Part shown: in pieces, positions 51,395-64,000 of the stretch
Numbering within the stretch: position 1 is the first letter of the stretch
How the letters are laid out: every line of letters begins with the position of its first letter
NCBI GenBank assembly: GCA_030704615.1
Contig: CM060731.1
Coordinates: forward strand, 82,770,001 to 82,834,000
Origin: Takakia lepidozioides
Taxonomy: Eukaryota > Plantae > Bryophyta
Direction: 5' to 3'
Length of the DNA: 64,000 nucleotides
Translations under genes and position numbers: made by a program
Notes under the pieces: model-generated
The model's database searches: none
What the model saw: the letters and a program-made list of their open reading frames with translations, nothing else
What the model was told of the DNA's origin: nothing

Positions 51395-52273
51395 GGATCC
51401 AGTAAACTTGTTGTTACTGAAGCTCTGACAGTAAGGTGTAAGCCTTTAAGGCTGTAGTGTCCAATTGCTCTTGGGCACCTGCATCATAACACGAAAGATC
51501 AATGCGCTTACCCATGTGCTGTTCAGAACGAGGGCCCTAGGAGTAATTTGCTTATCTAGAGCGAGCAGCAAGACAAGTGTATTGACTCAGACAGCGCAAG
51601 TGCAGAATGGCCCACATCGAGTCACCTAGACAATATATTGGAGCAGCGAAGAAATAGACCAACAACTGCTGCTGCTCCCGAAGATCAAATCGGTTGTACA
51701 GTGAGATAGATTCTGCAGGTTTGCACCTCGCGCTGTAGTTGGTCAACAAATTTGCCACTTTGAAAATTGTGGGGCTAAAATCTCTCCAAGGGAAGGTCAA
51801 CGCGTACACCATACTTCTACCCCAATTGCAGCGCCATCATCAGCACTTTCCATAGCGGAAATCAAAACTTGCTCTCTTGGTACCACTCGAACATCATTCT
51901 CGTATAGCTGAATATCAAACATGCAATTAGACCCTGGCAGTCCCACGACCATCGACTGAGACTATTCGCTTCTGTGCTAGCTACATAATCTAGATGAATT
52001 CAGACCAACCGAGAAGAATTAACCCAGAAAGAGGTCAGCTCTCTGCCCCTCTCTTGTACGGTGCTTAGTTGTACAATCTGGATGACAGCCAGGCTAGCTT
52101 TGGATGACCAATTTGTACTTTTGCAGCACATAATGGATAGCAAGTTGGTTGGGGCGTAATGACAGTAGGTTGCTTCCTTGCCTCAGTGTCTATTGCCATG
52201 ATCAATGTTGTTCATCGTGCAACAGAGATTTATACAGAACCTCGGCGCCTGACTGTTCCTGTATATGTGGCAG

Positions 52274-53280
52274 GTGCACACATACTTTCGGGAAATGTGT
52301 TTGAACCACGGGCACTCAGTGAGCTCCTTCCAGATTGGAAGGATCAAGGCGTATGTCCTCAGTCCATACTTATGAAAACTGGATGATGCAAGAGAGGTAG
52401 ATGGCTTGGGGAGTGACTGTCTTCCGTTCATGATGTTATTCAGCTGGAAATGGAGTGATTGCTGATGAGTGCTAATCAATTGAGACACATCCGTTCATGA
52501 TAATTTGATAATAGCAGATTATCGCTGATGAGGATTGGTTGAAGGATATCAATTGGATCTTTTGACACAGGCTCCACTGCGTGTGCCAGTTGTGGAAAAC
52601 AAGTTTTGGATGTTATTTGAGAAACGTGCACTGCCACTCCCATCTCCCTTCAACAACAATAGTAACTTTGTTATTAGGTCAGCTTCTACTCTCCTACTCC
52701 GGCTTGAGTGCAATATTTTTGTTTTCTCCACATATTCAACTTTGTGGAAATTATGCTGCTACTTTCCTATGTAGAACAGGTATTGAAGTGTACAGAGAGA
52801 CGGGGAAGAGACAGTTCCATGCAGGAAACTAGCATACTAAAGTCTTCCACCATGATTCAGTGGGCCACCAAATCCCAGGAAGCTTGGTAAATCCTAAACC
52901 CTCGATTGGAACAAACACTTGTGCTTAACCACAGAGACAAAGGCAAGGGGTATTATTCTATGTGAGAGCCAGCTATTTGGCAATGCTTGTTGAAGCCTTC
53001 CATAACCATGTGCTATGCTTTGAATAGCTTGAGTGAGCTGGTGCGGTTGCTAGGAGGGAAAGCAGAGAAACTTGGGGTTGAAATTTACCCAGGTTTTGCA
53101 GCGAGTGAGGTAACCCCATTTTCTTTTGTTCACCATTCTGTGGGTTATTGTATTGACAGAATTGATTTGCACCAAATTAGAGGGGTCTCCGCACTGTTCA
53201 TTTCCAAGAAGTTCTATTGTGGGATGGTAGGATAGCTGTAGGTGGAGCTGAATAAGGTGCTTATGCAGGTTTTGTACAAG
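52274..53280 (+). pseudogene. ETFQO: Internal fragment of electron-transfer flavoprotein:ubiquinone oxidoreductase (3-4 exons)
   Basis: GAHILSGNVFEPRALSELLPDWK; APLRVPV..PSPFNN..NFVI; SLSELVRLLGGKAEKLGVEIYPGFAASE; VLY. No upstream or downstream exons found. Confidence 0.8.
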
Positions 53281-54196
53281 GGTGTTCCTCTTTTCGCTGT
53301 GTGTCAGGGAATCTTGAACAATGTTGACTGGCGAGAGGAGGTATGTGAGCAGCCATCCCCCTGTCTCTTCCATCCTCTCCTTCAGTGGCTCTCTCGTTCA
53401 TAGTTTCTGGCTACTCCACGTGGTACTGCATTCTGGCTGTCTTCACTTGAAAGTCACCCTGGTCTTGGTTGTCAGTGATTTAGTCATCCAGTCGTCTCCA
53501 AGTGCTGTTCAGCTACTGAAGAGGGCTTTTCAAAAGAGAATGATCTAAGCAATCGAGTGGATATCAATGTTGTAGCAAGTAGAGTTAGTGATGTTGGTAA
53601 GCATCCACCACTTTTGGTTATTTTACTGTTTTTAGCTTTAGTTCACCATGAAGCTAATCAGCTTCCTCCTTTTCTGCTATGGCATGTGGTGCAAGAGGTA
53701 AGGAGGACGAGTAAGGAGGGCCCACCTGCAACCAGGCCCCTTGGTCCATGGTAATCATTGATCATCATCATTTTTATTTATTTATTTATTTATTTTTTTC
53801 CTGTTTTCTTTGATGATATACCAAGGGGCTGATAGCCCTTGCTCCACTATGGTAGATTTTACATTGGAGGGAGCACAAGCAAAGAGGGGCCCGCCAACCA
53901 GCCCACATTGATCATCACTGGTAAGTATCTTCCCTTTCTTTAAATTTTTTTAATTCTTGATACAATTGGGGGTTGATGAGATAGCCCCTTTGGCTTCTGT
54001 TATAGCAGATTCTACATGAGAGGGAGGGAGCCCAAAGTAGGGAGGGACCTGCCAACCAGCCACCATTACCCGCTTGTAACTCCCTTTCATTGAGCTTTAT
54101 TTTTTTAGTTGTTTACATTTTTAGTTGTAAATATATGAGTTGTGCACAATTATTAAATGCCTTTTGGATTCTTTGTTTGCATTGTTTTTACACAGG

Positions 54197-56569
54197 AGTT
54201 GTTCCACAAGCTTTTTATGTCATGGAGCCCAATATTTTCGATGAACTAGAAAGGGAAGTTGTTCCTGACATCAATGTTGATAATGAGAGAGCTTTGGTGG
54301 AGTGCCATGTTGCGGAGGATGCTCATCATGAAGCATCATTTACATCAGCTCATCAAGCCTCGGCTGCAATGTCATCTTCCACAGTTTCGCCATCACACAC
54401 GGTGTTGGATGTGGAGGCGCAGCTCCTAGTACTTGACAAACAACGAGATTTTTGGAAGCCCCACAATGGCACTGCTTCGACATGGGCATTCTATGCAACA
54501 AAAGACTCTGCTCCAGTGGACATAACAAATCCACAACAAATGAGGTGTGTTCTATGTCATCCTGTTGGTGTCACTCCTGCAAGCAAGAAGGGCATTGTGA
54601 CCTATAATAAAACCAATGGTATCTTTGCCCTTCGAAAGCATGTGGATCAAGAATATGACATTGTTTTGCGTAGGTGGATTGAGAGGGAAAATGAAGGACC
54701 TGAGAAGGCCTGTAGGCCAGCCAAAAAGAGGCCCGGCCCCACTCCTGGAAACATAGTTTTTTTTTTAGGAGCTCCACTCCATACAACCAAAATGATGATC
54801 AACAGAAGCAGTTCAATGAGGATTTAGTCTTATTTATTGCAAAGGAGTTGGTTCCACTGTCTTTGGTAGAATCCCCTTGGCTAAGAATGATGGTGTTGAG
54901 GCAAAATCCTCGGATTGTTTTCCCTTCTCGACGGACATTTGTGAATGAGGCCATTCTAATCTTGGCAGAGAAGACGAAAGAGCGCTACATGTCCCCATCT
55001 CTTCAGAGTTGTGCTACTTGCTCCGTGAGTTTTGATTTGTGGATGTCAAGAGGGGGAACTGACACTTTTGTCATCATAACGCACTTTATTAATGAACAGT
55101 GGGAGCAATGTCATGTGACTCTTGGCATGTTTGAGACACCTGACACATCTGGGGCTGCCATGGCACATCAAGTCAACAATCTTCTTGTGAAGTATGGCCT
55201 CAATACTCGCATTATTGCTTACGTCAAAGATGAGGGAGGTAACTTGGCCACTTTGACCAATGCTTTGAATTCGGTGGTCTCATGTGCGTGTTTGGGGTTG
55301 GATTCTCCATTTGTGGGTAGCTGTTTTGGGCATGCAATGTCCAAGTGTTGCCAGTATGCAACAAATGATGCAAAAGTATGCACAGATATGAGATCGGTTT
55401 CTATAAAAAATGCCCAATCAGAGTTGTAAAAAACCATTACTTGGACAAAAAAAAATGGCAAAGGGAGACAAGAATGGGCAAAGGCATGTGTGGACAGCGG
55501 CATTCATCCCCGCAAACTGAAGACTCCGGTGAAGATACAGTTTGCTTCCAAGGTGATCATCTTCCAAGAGACTTTGGAGTTTAGGCAAGCCATAATCACT
55601 TGTTACTCTAGGCAAACCTCATTGGCACTGCAGTCTCGCATACCAAGTCCACAAGTGTGGGCCATTGCCCAATCAATTTCTACAGTTCTAGGGCGTGTGG
55701 TTCATGAGTGCATTATGAATCAATCTGGGGGATTTTGGTTGTTGTCCTATGCTCTTAATGCAGCCATTGCCACAACAATTCGCATGCGAAGAAGTAGTGC
55801 TGGGGGGGCTGCAACTGTGGATCATTGCATGGGGGATTTCTCAACAGAGTTGACATTGTTGGAATGGCGGATGGATCGAGAGGTGGTATATGTCTTGGAA
55901 CCATTTCTTTCTTTTTTGGAAGGGTTTCAATCGCGCAAAGCTCACAATATGCTCGCGCTTATGCTTGACCCACGTTACAAGGGGTTGTCATTGGTATCAC
56001 AATATGTGGGCAAAAAGCGTGCTTTGCATATTGTGTCCCAATATGATAGTATGGTGTTAGAGCCTCTTTTGGTAAAGTGTTTCAAGGTCTTACATCCGGA
56101 TACTCCGGCCCAATCACAGCCCACTTCCACAATGGACGAGATGTCCTTATTTGGTGTGCATGACCACAATGAAGACATGACATTGACAGTGGTGAGAGAA
56201 CAACTATCACATTTCAGAAGGACGAAGATAAATGAGGGTGAGTGCGTGGCTCCTTTGAAATGGTGGAAAGAACACGAGTCTCTCTTTCCGTATGTGGGAT
56301 TTTTGGCACGGCTAATTTTGGGCATAGTTGGATCTCAGATTGAAGCTGAGAGGGTTTTTAGTATTGCAGGTGTCATAACAAACTTGAGACGGTGCATGTT
56401 AAATATTGAAAACCTTGATATGCTTGTGAGTGTAGTCAAGAATTGGCCAAATGATGCTAGAGTTGGTTGCTTTAGTACTTCCATGAAAGAGTTTTTGGAT
56501 AGGGAAGAAGTCCTCTTAGATGAGAATGAGGACTTGATTGCAGAGGCAAACCTCTTTGAGGTAGACTGA
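54197..56569 (+). pseudogene. hAT transposase (BED finger, DDE core, dimerisation domain), disrupted
   Basis: WAFY..CVLC..LRKH; SFDLW; CFGH; LDPRYK; PLKWWK..AERVFS. Frameshift in the poly-T near 54760 and a TAA at 55427. Confidence 0.92.
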
Positions 56570-57089
56570 TTTGTCTTAGAGACAAATTATTGTTCAACAT
56601 ATTACACTATATTCCTTTGATTGGAGTTTGTTTATTTGTCATTTTTATTGAAAATTTCAGTGACATCCCGTGTACTTAGTTTGTTGTATGCTATATTGAC
56701 AAAGCATCATCCAAAAAACACAAATTTATGTAGTTTTTTTTAGTTGTGCTTTTGCTGCACCATAAAAGGTAACCATAGAATTACACATGTTTAATTTGTT
56801 TTGTATTTTGAATTAAGATCCTTATGTAGTTAGTTAGTTTTAGTTGTTCTTTGCTACACCGTACGACAACTTATAAAATCTCTGGTTTTCCGTTTTTAAT
56901 GGAGACCATGCGTATATAACTAGTTATATATACCATAAAAGACAATCACAAAAAACATATAAGTTTATTTACTTCTGTTTTACTAATAAATTCCCTGGTT
57001 TTAGTTGAAAATTCTCAGTATGACCAATCAGATCAGTTCATCTAATTTTCCAGAAGAATAAAAAATTAAAAGAATTTAATATATTTTTA

Positions 57090-57302
57090 AAAAAGAACCG
57101 GAAACCTAACCGGAACCGGTGTTTTTTTTCCAGCAACTAACCGGTAACCGGAACCGCCCCCATGTTAAAAAGTCAGAACCTGAACCGGACCGGAACCGCC
57201 TTAATAAAAAATAACCGGATCCGGATCCGGAACCGTCTCTTCAAAAATTTGTGGAACCGGAACCGAAGGTTCCTTCACAAAGGCAAGAACCGCCCAACAC
57301 AG
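57090..57302 (+). mobile_element. 3' terminus of the hAT element (GAACCG subterminal repeats, TIR ..GAACCGCCCAACACAG)
   Basis: Reverse complement CTGTGTTGGGCGGTTC resembles the CAGTGTTG hAT TIR; 5' TIR not found. Confidence 0.75.
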
Positions 57303-57469
57303 GTGTCCACCTTTCAGCTGGAAGGCAGTAGCCCTTGTGGTGAATAATTTACGCTCCCTTCCATAGGCGTCTATATTTTTATTTATTTTTATTTTACAAA
57401 GAGAAGCGGGCAGACGAGGGTACGTACTTAACAGAGAAGAGGGGGTGGGGGGCGGAGTGAGGATTAGCT

Positions 57470-58655
57470 ATGGCGTCCTCCGATGATGAGCAAACACGGA
57501 ACCAGGATACGAAGGACTACATAGAATCTCTAAGGGTTCCAAGGATAAGGCCCGAGTATGAGTTGTTGGCATTCTTTGAAGCTTTCCTTTTACAGGGCGT
57601 GACCGTAGCGCTCTTTAAACCGGGCCACCTCGTCTTCAATGTTCCTGTGGCAGCCCGCCTCACAGTAACGTTTCTCGTCTGATCGTTCTGTTCTTTGGGG
57701 GTGTCATACGAATTGCATTACGACACTCCGAAATGGACTGAAGCTTTTCGGAAATTGCCAGAATAGATGTAGGATGTAAGCTGCTGTAATCTATTCTCTT
57801 ACGAAAGTAGCGGACAACCACACTTGGTCTGGCAGACAGCTGATAGGTGTGGAAGATCAGTTTGACAAGTAGATGGCGAACGTGGGTTCTCCCCACACAC
57901 GAATAATGTCAAAGTTTATAGATGCTGAGGTCGAGGAATTATGGCGGGGTCATGGTTGCAGAATGGAATGGCCACTTTGCATGGAGGTGCCGTAGCCTCC
58001 CTAGTTGACATGTCTGGGACTTATGCGGCATGGAGCGTCTTCGGTCCGAGAAAAGCAGTAGCAACGGACATCAACATCAGTTACCTATTACCAACGCCAA
58101 CTGATGTGAATCTCTCCCCATTTCTTTTCCTCCCCCCCCTTCCCTCCCCCCCCCCCCCCCTCTCTTGGGTGTGCTGTCAACGTGTAGCATTTAGATCCGT
58201 AATCACTTTCCTTGAAACTGATAGTGGGTTACTAACCCACAATTCGCTTCGGGGATGTAGTAATCCAGGAAGGCTATTGTCTCAGAAGTGCTTCATAGCT
58301 AACATTTGCAGGAAACAATCCCTTCTCCCTGCGGTTTACAGGTAGAGAGACATCTCAACATCTGAAAGTATTTGTTCCGTGTCAGGCTGGATGGGGGGTT
58401 TGTCATTGCATTGAAATTGGGTCACAGCTGTATAGCAAATTCAATAAAGAAGAAAGAAGAGGAAGTTGGGTTTGCAGGGGGAAGGCTGACATTGTTGTCG
58501 GATCTCACCAGGGAGAAGTGGAGGTGGAAGCCAAGCTTTCACAAGTATCTGAAGCAGTGGTGGTATTAGTGAACGTTCGGGACTCTACAAGCAGGAAGTA
58601 TGTTGCCCAAGGCCGCCTGTCCTTGCACCTTCCAACCCCCAAATCTAAGCTATGA
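57470..58655 (+). CDS. Hotdog-fold acyl-CoA thioesterase (ACOT13/PaaI-like), peroxisomal
   Basis: Exons 57470-57664, 57962-58105 (LHGGAVASLVD), 58512-58655, all phase 0; C-terminal SKL (PTS1). Confidence 0.9.
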
Positions 58656-61600
58656 TTGGACTAAAGCAGAACTGGCAAGCAGTCAAGTATTTGGTTATCA
58701 ACCTTGGCATGGGTGCAAGTTTGTCTGACGAAACAAGGAGTGGGTGAGCCTCAAATTCCACTACTGGGCCAGTTGAAAACAGGAAATGTCTAGATACTTC
58801 CCTTATAAGGGGTGGTGATGTGACGTAGTGTATTTGCCTTAAGCTAGAGTATACAAAGTTCAGTGACACCAGTGCATGTATAATGTCAAGTAGAGTTTTT
58901 AATCCCACCCAAATCAACACCGCTTACCAAGTGGGGTTCGTTCTGCTGTCCATGTCTTTTGTAACATGGAAACTTTCTCAATTCTTTTGAGGCTATCAAC
59001 CTCGCTGCTCTGTAACGATATTGCATGAGCTGTATACTCATACAAATGACCGGTTTTGAAACAACTTCAGTGTAATTTTCAGCATCGGTACTGCTTCATC
59101 TGAGTGCTCTTTCAACTCAATTGGGTATGTTCCCTGTCATGGGCAGGATCAGGCAGGTTCCCTGCCCAGGGGATTAGTCTAAATTTATGTATCTATGCCT
59201 ACATCACTGTACTCAAAGGCATCAGTGACCTTTACAAATTTGAGGCCAAAAACTTCTGCCACATGGAACGTTGGTGAATTTGCAGCAGACATCACAACCA
59301 TTGCAAGTGATGAGCAGAGTAATGTATTACAGCAGTTTGTACATTGTGGGTTATGACAAGGGCTTTCTATCAAAACTAGAATTAAGACTTGACTTAGGGG
59401 GGCCAAGGCTGTGCCAAGATAGGTCAGTCTTAACTCTCCCCGGCTCTCTTAACTTCAAAAATAATGTAATGCAAATGTAAACCCCACCAGGGACCAAACT
59501 TGGGCCATAATCTAAACTTCTCTGACATCGTAAATCTACAGCTATGGGAGCAAATCTATTATTACCATGAAAACTAACAATGCATCCTGCCTTGTTTTCT
59601 TTTTGAATGGGAATGGAGGCCCAGAAAGCTTTCTATAACATAAGAGGGGATCAGAAATTGTCAAGAAAGTACAGTAAAACCGAGGAAAACATCGCTTCAA
59701 GTGGGTGCCAGAGAGGCTGATAAGGGGAGAAACTGCTCCGTAGCCCATCCTGCCTTAAGAGTCCACAAATATATTTACAGTAATCAAAGAATTTGTGTGA
59801 CAAAATTATTGTCACTGTACAAACAAGTAGCCTCCAGTTCCAGGAGTCTAGTCTGAGATGCTACGATAGAAAAGGCACGCATACAGTTATATAATGTTCT
59901 GTATGAGATTCAGGGAACACCCAAAGTCTCTCTCCCACCTAGTGCCCACAGTGCTCACAATGAGAATCATAATCATACTGTGCTAAGTGGAAACCGGCAT
60001 CTGAACCCCTCAGAATTGGATGGCAGTTTGCATCCACAACGGGGGGCCAAGTTTCCATAATGCAAACTTGTCATTCTACTGGTCAGATCTAATGCTCTCA
60101 CAGCCCCACTTTTAATACACCCCGCCGCTCATGTCAGTAGAAAAAAATGATTTGTTTTCGCCAGGAGAATCTAATAGCCCCCCAAAATGTAAGATTTGCT
60201 TCCATCTGCATCATGTGTCTGCAGAAGCTCATCGGCAGGGTGTGACTCATGATTCGCATCATCATCCTCTGAGTCATCGATGATATGGCTGTCCACTTTG
60301 AAACGTTGAATCTCATACACATAGTTGTCTGCACCACGATAAGAATGTAATGCTCAATATAGAACTACGTCACAGCACATTCTGTTCAATAGTCAAATTT
60401 GCTCTAACCATTTGTGAGTCTTTTAGCAATTTGCCCGGGGAATCCGAAATCTTATCATAAAAGGTCAACTCATCATTTCCTAAGAGAAAGATAAAGATAA
60501 AGATTCTTTAACGTCCAGTGAATTTACAGAGCCTACTGCTCAACACACAAAGAGAAAGAAAGAACGGAAAACACCAAGAGCTATTACCGAAAGACTGTAG
60601 TCCACGACCACCACGTAGCATCGCTGAGGAAGTTCGCCCCACTGTGTTTTGTCTCAAAGCTTCTCCTGGTACGGCAACCAACCAACAATTAAGTATCACG
60701 GTCCAATCATCCCTCTACTAAGCGCAATAATGAGGAGGTGTGAAATCAAGACCCTACGGTCGCTCTTACCTGCATGCATCACCTAATATTACCTGCTCCT
60801 CCCCCTACACAGATCAACTGGTAATGTACAGAGTACAAAAAGTGAAGGTGTCGACGACAGTATGTCATAGATCATCAAGGCTTGATTTTTTTCATTTAAA
60901 AACTACTTAGAACAACGGTAGTAAGCCGTTGACCTCAAGATTACACTCTCCAAGTTCGTCGATCATAGAACAAAGCAAAAAGAACCTATTATGTTGGGAG
61001 CTGCTAAATTCAAACCTGAATTCAGGAAGCATGTTTATATCAGGTTAGTACACATCAAAAGTTGCGCCAGGCTGGATAATTCGCCTTGCTTATACTCCAA
61101 ATCAAGGTGGACAAGGTCAACATGGTGAAAAGGTGTTCGTAGATAGTTTCCATTATTCTCCTACTGCAAGGGATCATACAGTCGCCAAGAACTGGGGATC
61201 CTTGGCACACATCTAGTACTATTCCACAGGCAAAGAGAGAGACTGGTGGATTGTCTGTGAATTGGGAACCAATCAATTTCTGAGCAACGAAACCTCATTG
61301 CTAAGTACAAAAAAAACCGTATTTCTTGAGTGAATCAACACATACAAGGCTGTCCTCATCGTTAAGACCTTTCCAAGTTACTCTGGAGTAAACCGGGAAC
61401 TTCAACAAAATGAGAGCCTTGTCCCCTCATGACATCAACGTAAAACCCATCCAAATGTGTGTGCGTGAAGTACCTGTGGGAGACTGCAACAGCAGGAGGA
61501 CAAGGAAGAACGCTATAAGAAACAGGGACCACGGTCTCTGTAAAGACACACGCCTCCCATATCCGGTTTGCATCATTGCTCACTCTCTGCTATCCCGCCT

Positions 61601-62169
61601 AATAACCCGGCCCTCACTTCCGGCCGCCGCAAGAAAATCCTCCCAGACTACTTACCCAAAATTCCTTTCCCTCTCCCTCTCTCACTCTGTGAAGGATCCC
61701 TGTGTCTCGTGGCTCTATGAAGGCTGTGGAGCGCGGAGTAATAAAGGCGAGGAGGTTGGCTCGCAAGAGGGAAGGCGGCCACGCAGCGCGCGAGGGAAAA
61801 TGAAGACGAAGGCGGTGGTGAGGCGCTGTCCAACGGCAGGTGGAGCCTTGGGGGCAGCTCTCTGACACGTGGATGGCTTCTCTGGGATCTTTTGGGGGTT
61901 CCCTGCGGGAGGTAGGTGACGTGTCCGGTGTCGAACGGGAGGAAACTGGCCAGGGCCGGTCAGCAGCTTTACATGGAGCGTAACGGACTGGCGACCGCCG
62001 GTGGTGTGTAACGGTCAATATGTGCACGTTACCAGCCAGACGACGAGACTCGGCGTTTCGTTGACCTTTGTGTTTCCAAACATTCCTCGTTGCTTGCTTT
62101 ATTATTATTATCAATACATGAATTAAGACGATTTGTTTGTTTTGTTTTGTTTTGTTTTGTCACGTTGAG

Positions 62170-62640
62170 ATGTACCGAACCGCAAGGCCCCGGCCCTGAA
62201 CCTCAAGGCCCCAGCCCTGGTGCTTGGTACCGTTGGAAAGCCCTCGAGGAGGACGAGGAGGGGTGCACGGGCTTGGTCATGATTTTTGGACCTACGGTGT
62301 GGGAAATGTGGAATTTCAAGAACTTTTGGTCGCTGGAAATTTGGGAAAAATAGCAAAGTGGGCTCTCCCGGAGCAGTGATTGGCCGCCCTTCACGTGGCA
62401 GATTTGGAATTTCAAGTACTTTTGGTCGTTGGAAATTCACAAAAAATAGCAAAAATGGCAAAGTGGGCATTCCTGGACAATGGTTGGAGCCTTGAGGGGA
62501 GAGATATCAAGGGAAAGGTCTCTGGTTCAAATCTGGTCGTAGGGAAGATTGCACTTGGGCTTAGATATCAATTCTTCACACATGGGCCAACGGCACAGGC
62601 TACACTAGAGGTCGCACTTGGGCCTCGACATAGGAGACCT
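62170..62640. repeat. Probable interspersed repeat / non-autonomous TE fragment
   Basis: Internal direct repeats (GGAATTTCAAG.ACTTTTGGTCG.TGGAAATT..AAAAATAGCAAA twice); no coding signal. Confidence 0.4.
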
Positions 62641-62655
62641 ACTTAAGGTGTCCAC

Positions 62656-63020
62656 GTTGGGCGGTTCTTGCATGAACCTTCGTTCCGGTTCCACAATTAT
62701 TTCATGTTCCGGATCTAGTTCCGGTTTTTTTCTATTGAGCCGGTCCGGATCCAACTTTTAAACATGGGGGCAGTTCCGGTTACTAGTTAGTTCCCGAAAA
62801 AAAGCCGCCGGTTCTGGTTCTATTTTTAAATATACTTATATGAGTTAATTAGTTTTGAAATGTTTTATCAGTCTAAGAAATTAGTTGGTACATGAAATAG
62901 TCTGTATATTCAAATACTTCAACTAAAATTTAGGGATTTTATTCCTTTCATTAAAACAAAAATACACTTAAAAACCTATAAATGAAAATAGATAAAATTT
63001 TGTGGTTTGAAACTACTAAT
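62656..63020 (-). mobile_element. Remnant 3' terminus of a related hAT element, inverted
   Basis: Diverged reverse complement of ~56950-57298 (GTTGGGCGGTTCTTG, CATGGGGGC.GTTCCGGTTAC, TTCAACTAAAA). Confidence 0.75.
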
Positions 63021-63099
63021 ATACGCAGCAGCAGCGTTTTCTCTGTGTTCTTGCAAAGCTTAAAACTAAGCTCAGTTATTGGAGCTCGGGCAGACTTTC

Positions 63100-64000
63100 T
63101 ATAACTAGCATAGCTCTCACGGCCAACCAATTCTGCTGGCTTCCACTGGTTTATTGGCTCGGTCTAGGACCCGGATCCATATCTTTGTAATCAAATCAAG
63201 CAATTGGTTAGAAACTTCATTTGGGGTGTTCCCATGGTCATAATCACATTCCCTCTTAGCTTGGGAGCAGATCTGTATATTGAGCAAAAAACACGATGGT
63301 CTTGTTATTCTTGATTTTGAATCCTAGGTCACTGCCCTTCTTGTTAAATGGCTTCCCGGAGCTTTGCTCAATCCTATGGCCCCCTGGTCATGGCTTCTCC
63401 GTAACTGTGCGTCTAATACCCCCCCTGCTTCTTCACATATTTGGACTTCATCGCTGCGTTGAATGATGCAAGGAGGAAAGTCCAACTCTAAGGCACCCTG
63501 TGGTTCCGAAGCCTGGGTTGCGATCTGGAAGGCATGGCATAAGGTCTAGAGTCATCTTACCCAGTCCTCTCCTTCTAACAAAGAGGAAGTGTTGAGGCAG
63601 CCCCTTTTTAGCAACTTCCATGCAGATAGTGAGATTCAGGTTCTTTGTTCTGCCCCCTGGGTCATGCGGGGATCTCCAGGTTCGCTAATCTATGGTTAGA
63701 CGATGCGCAACTTTTTCTTCCCACACAACACTTTGCCCCTCTGCTGGGCAACGGTAGAGCTCATATCTTTGGATCCTACATTCTTTCTGAAATCCCTGTC
63801 ACTTTGGTTGACCCTAATGGATGGGGTTTCGGACATCACTTTGTCATGGCAGGGCTGTAAGAACTCCACAACCTGTCAGGTTATATTGTGTTGAAACTCA
63901 GAATCTCAAGGCACTTGTAGGGGTATCAGTTTTATCCTTGTTCAAGGTAGACTATCCCCTCTTCCAGGCTGTGTTGATATACCTATAGATCTCTTAGTTC
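63100..64000 (+). mobile_element. Degenerate LINE (L1-like) ORF2 post-RT region
   Basis: Fragments such as LVRNFIWG, ALLVKWL and W..IWKAW; heavily disrupted. Confidence 0.45.

Noticed and set aside
59100-61600. Possible minus-strand gene (splice-like sites, acidic stretch near 60250)
   Set aside because: No coherent reading frame or recognisable domain could be assembled.

Overview
Eukaryotic nuclear DNA from a plant, probably a non-seed land plant such as a bryophyte (inferred from gene and TE content). Host genes flank a ~33 kb transposon nest (17.4-50.6 kb). Host genes: an NAD(P)-binding Rossmann protein, a GH32 acid invertase with the 9-bp DPN micro-exon, a peroxisomal hotdog thioesterase, and fragments of ETF-QO and a bacterial-type TauD. 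The nest holds two kinds of methyltransferase-carrying element. (1) Ty3/Gypsy retroelements: the nearly full-length copy has a complete C5-cytosine DNMT between protease and RT and a PHD finger after integrase, and the 5' copy has a Tf1-like self-priming PBS. (2) Two related large DNA transposons encoding a multi-exon protein with a beta-class N4/N6-methyltransferase-like domain. The more complete copy also shows the fused N-terminal ParB/Srx domain, a GCM-finger MULE-type transposase and two orphan paralogous ORFs. Each DNA transposon has its own helically phased palindrome array in non-coding DNA. Also present: a copia 3' end interrupted by a piggyBac-like TTAA MITE, a hAT MITE, a decayed hAT element, a LINE remnant and a 500-N gap. 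All family calls come from motif recognition by eye; no searches were run.
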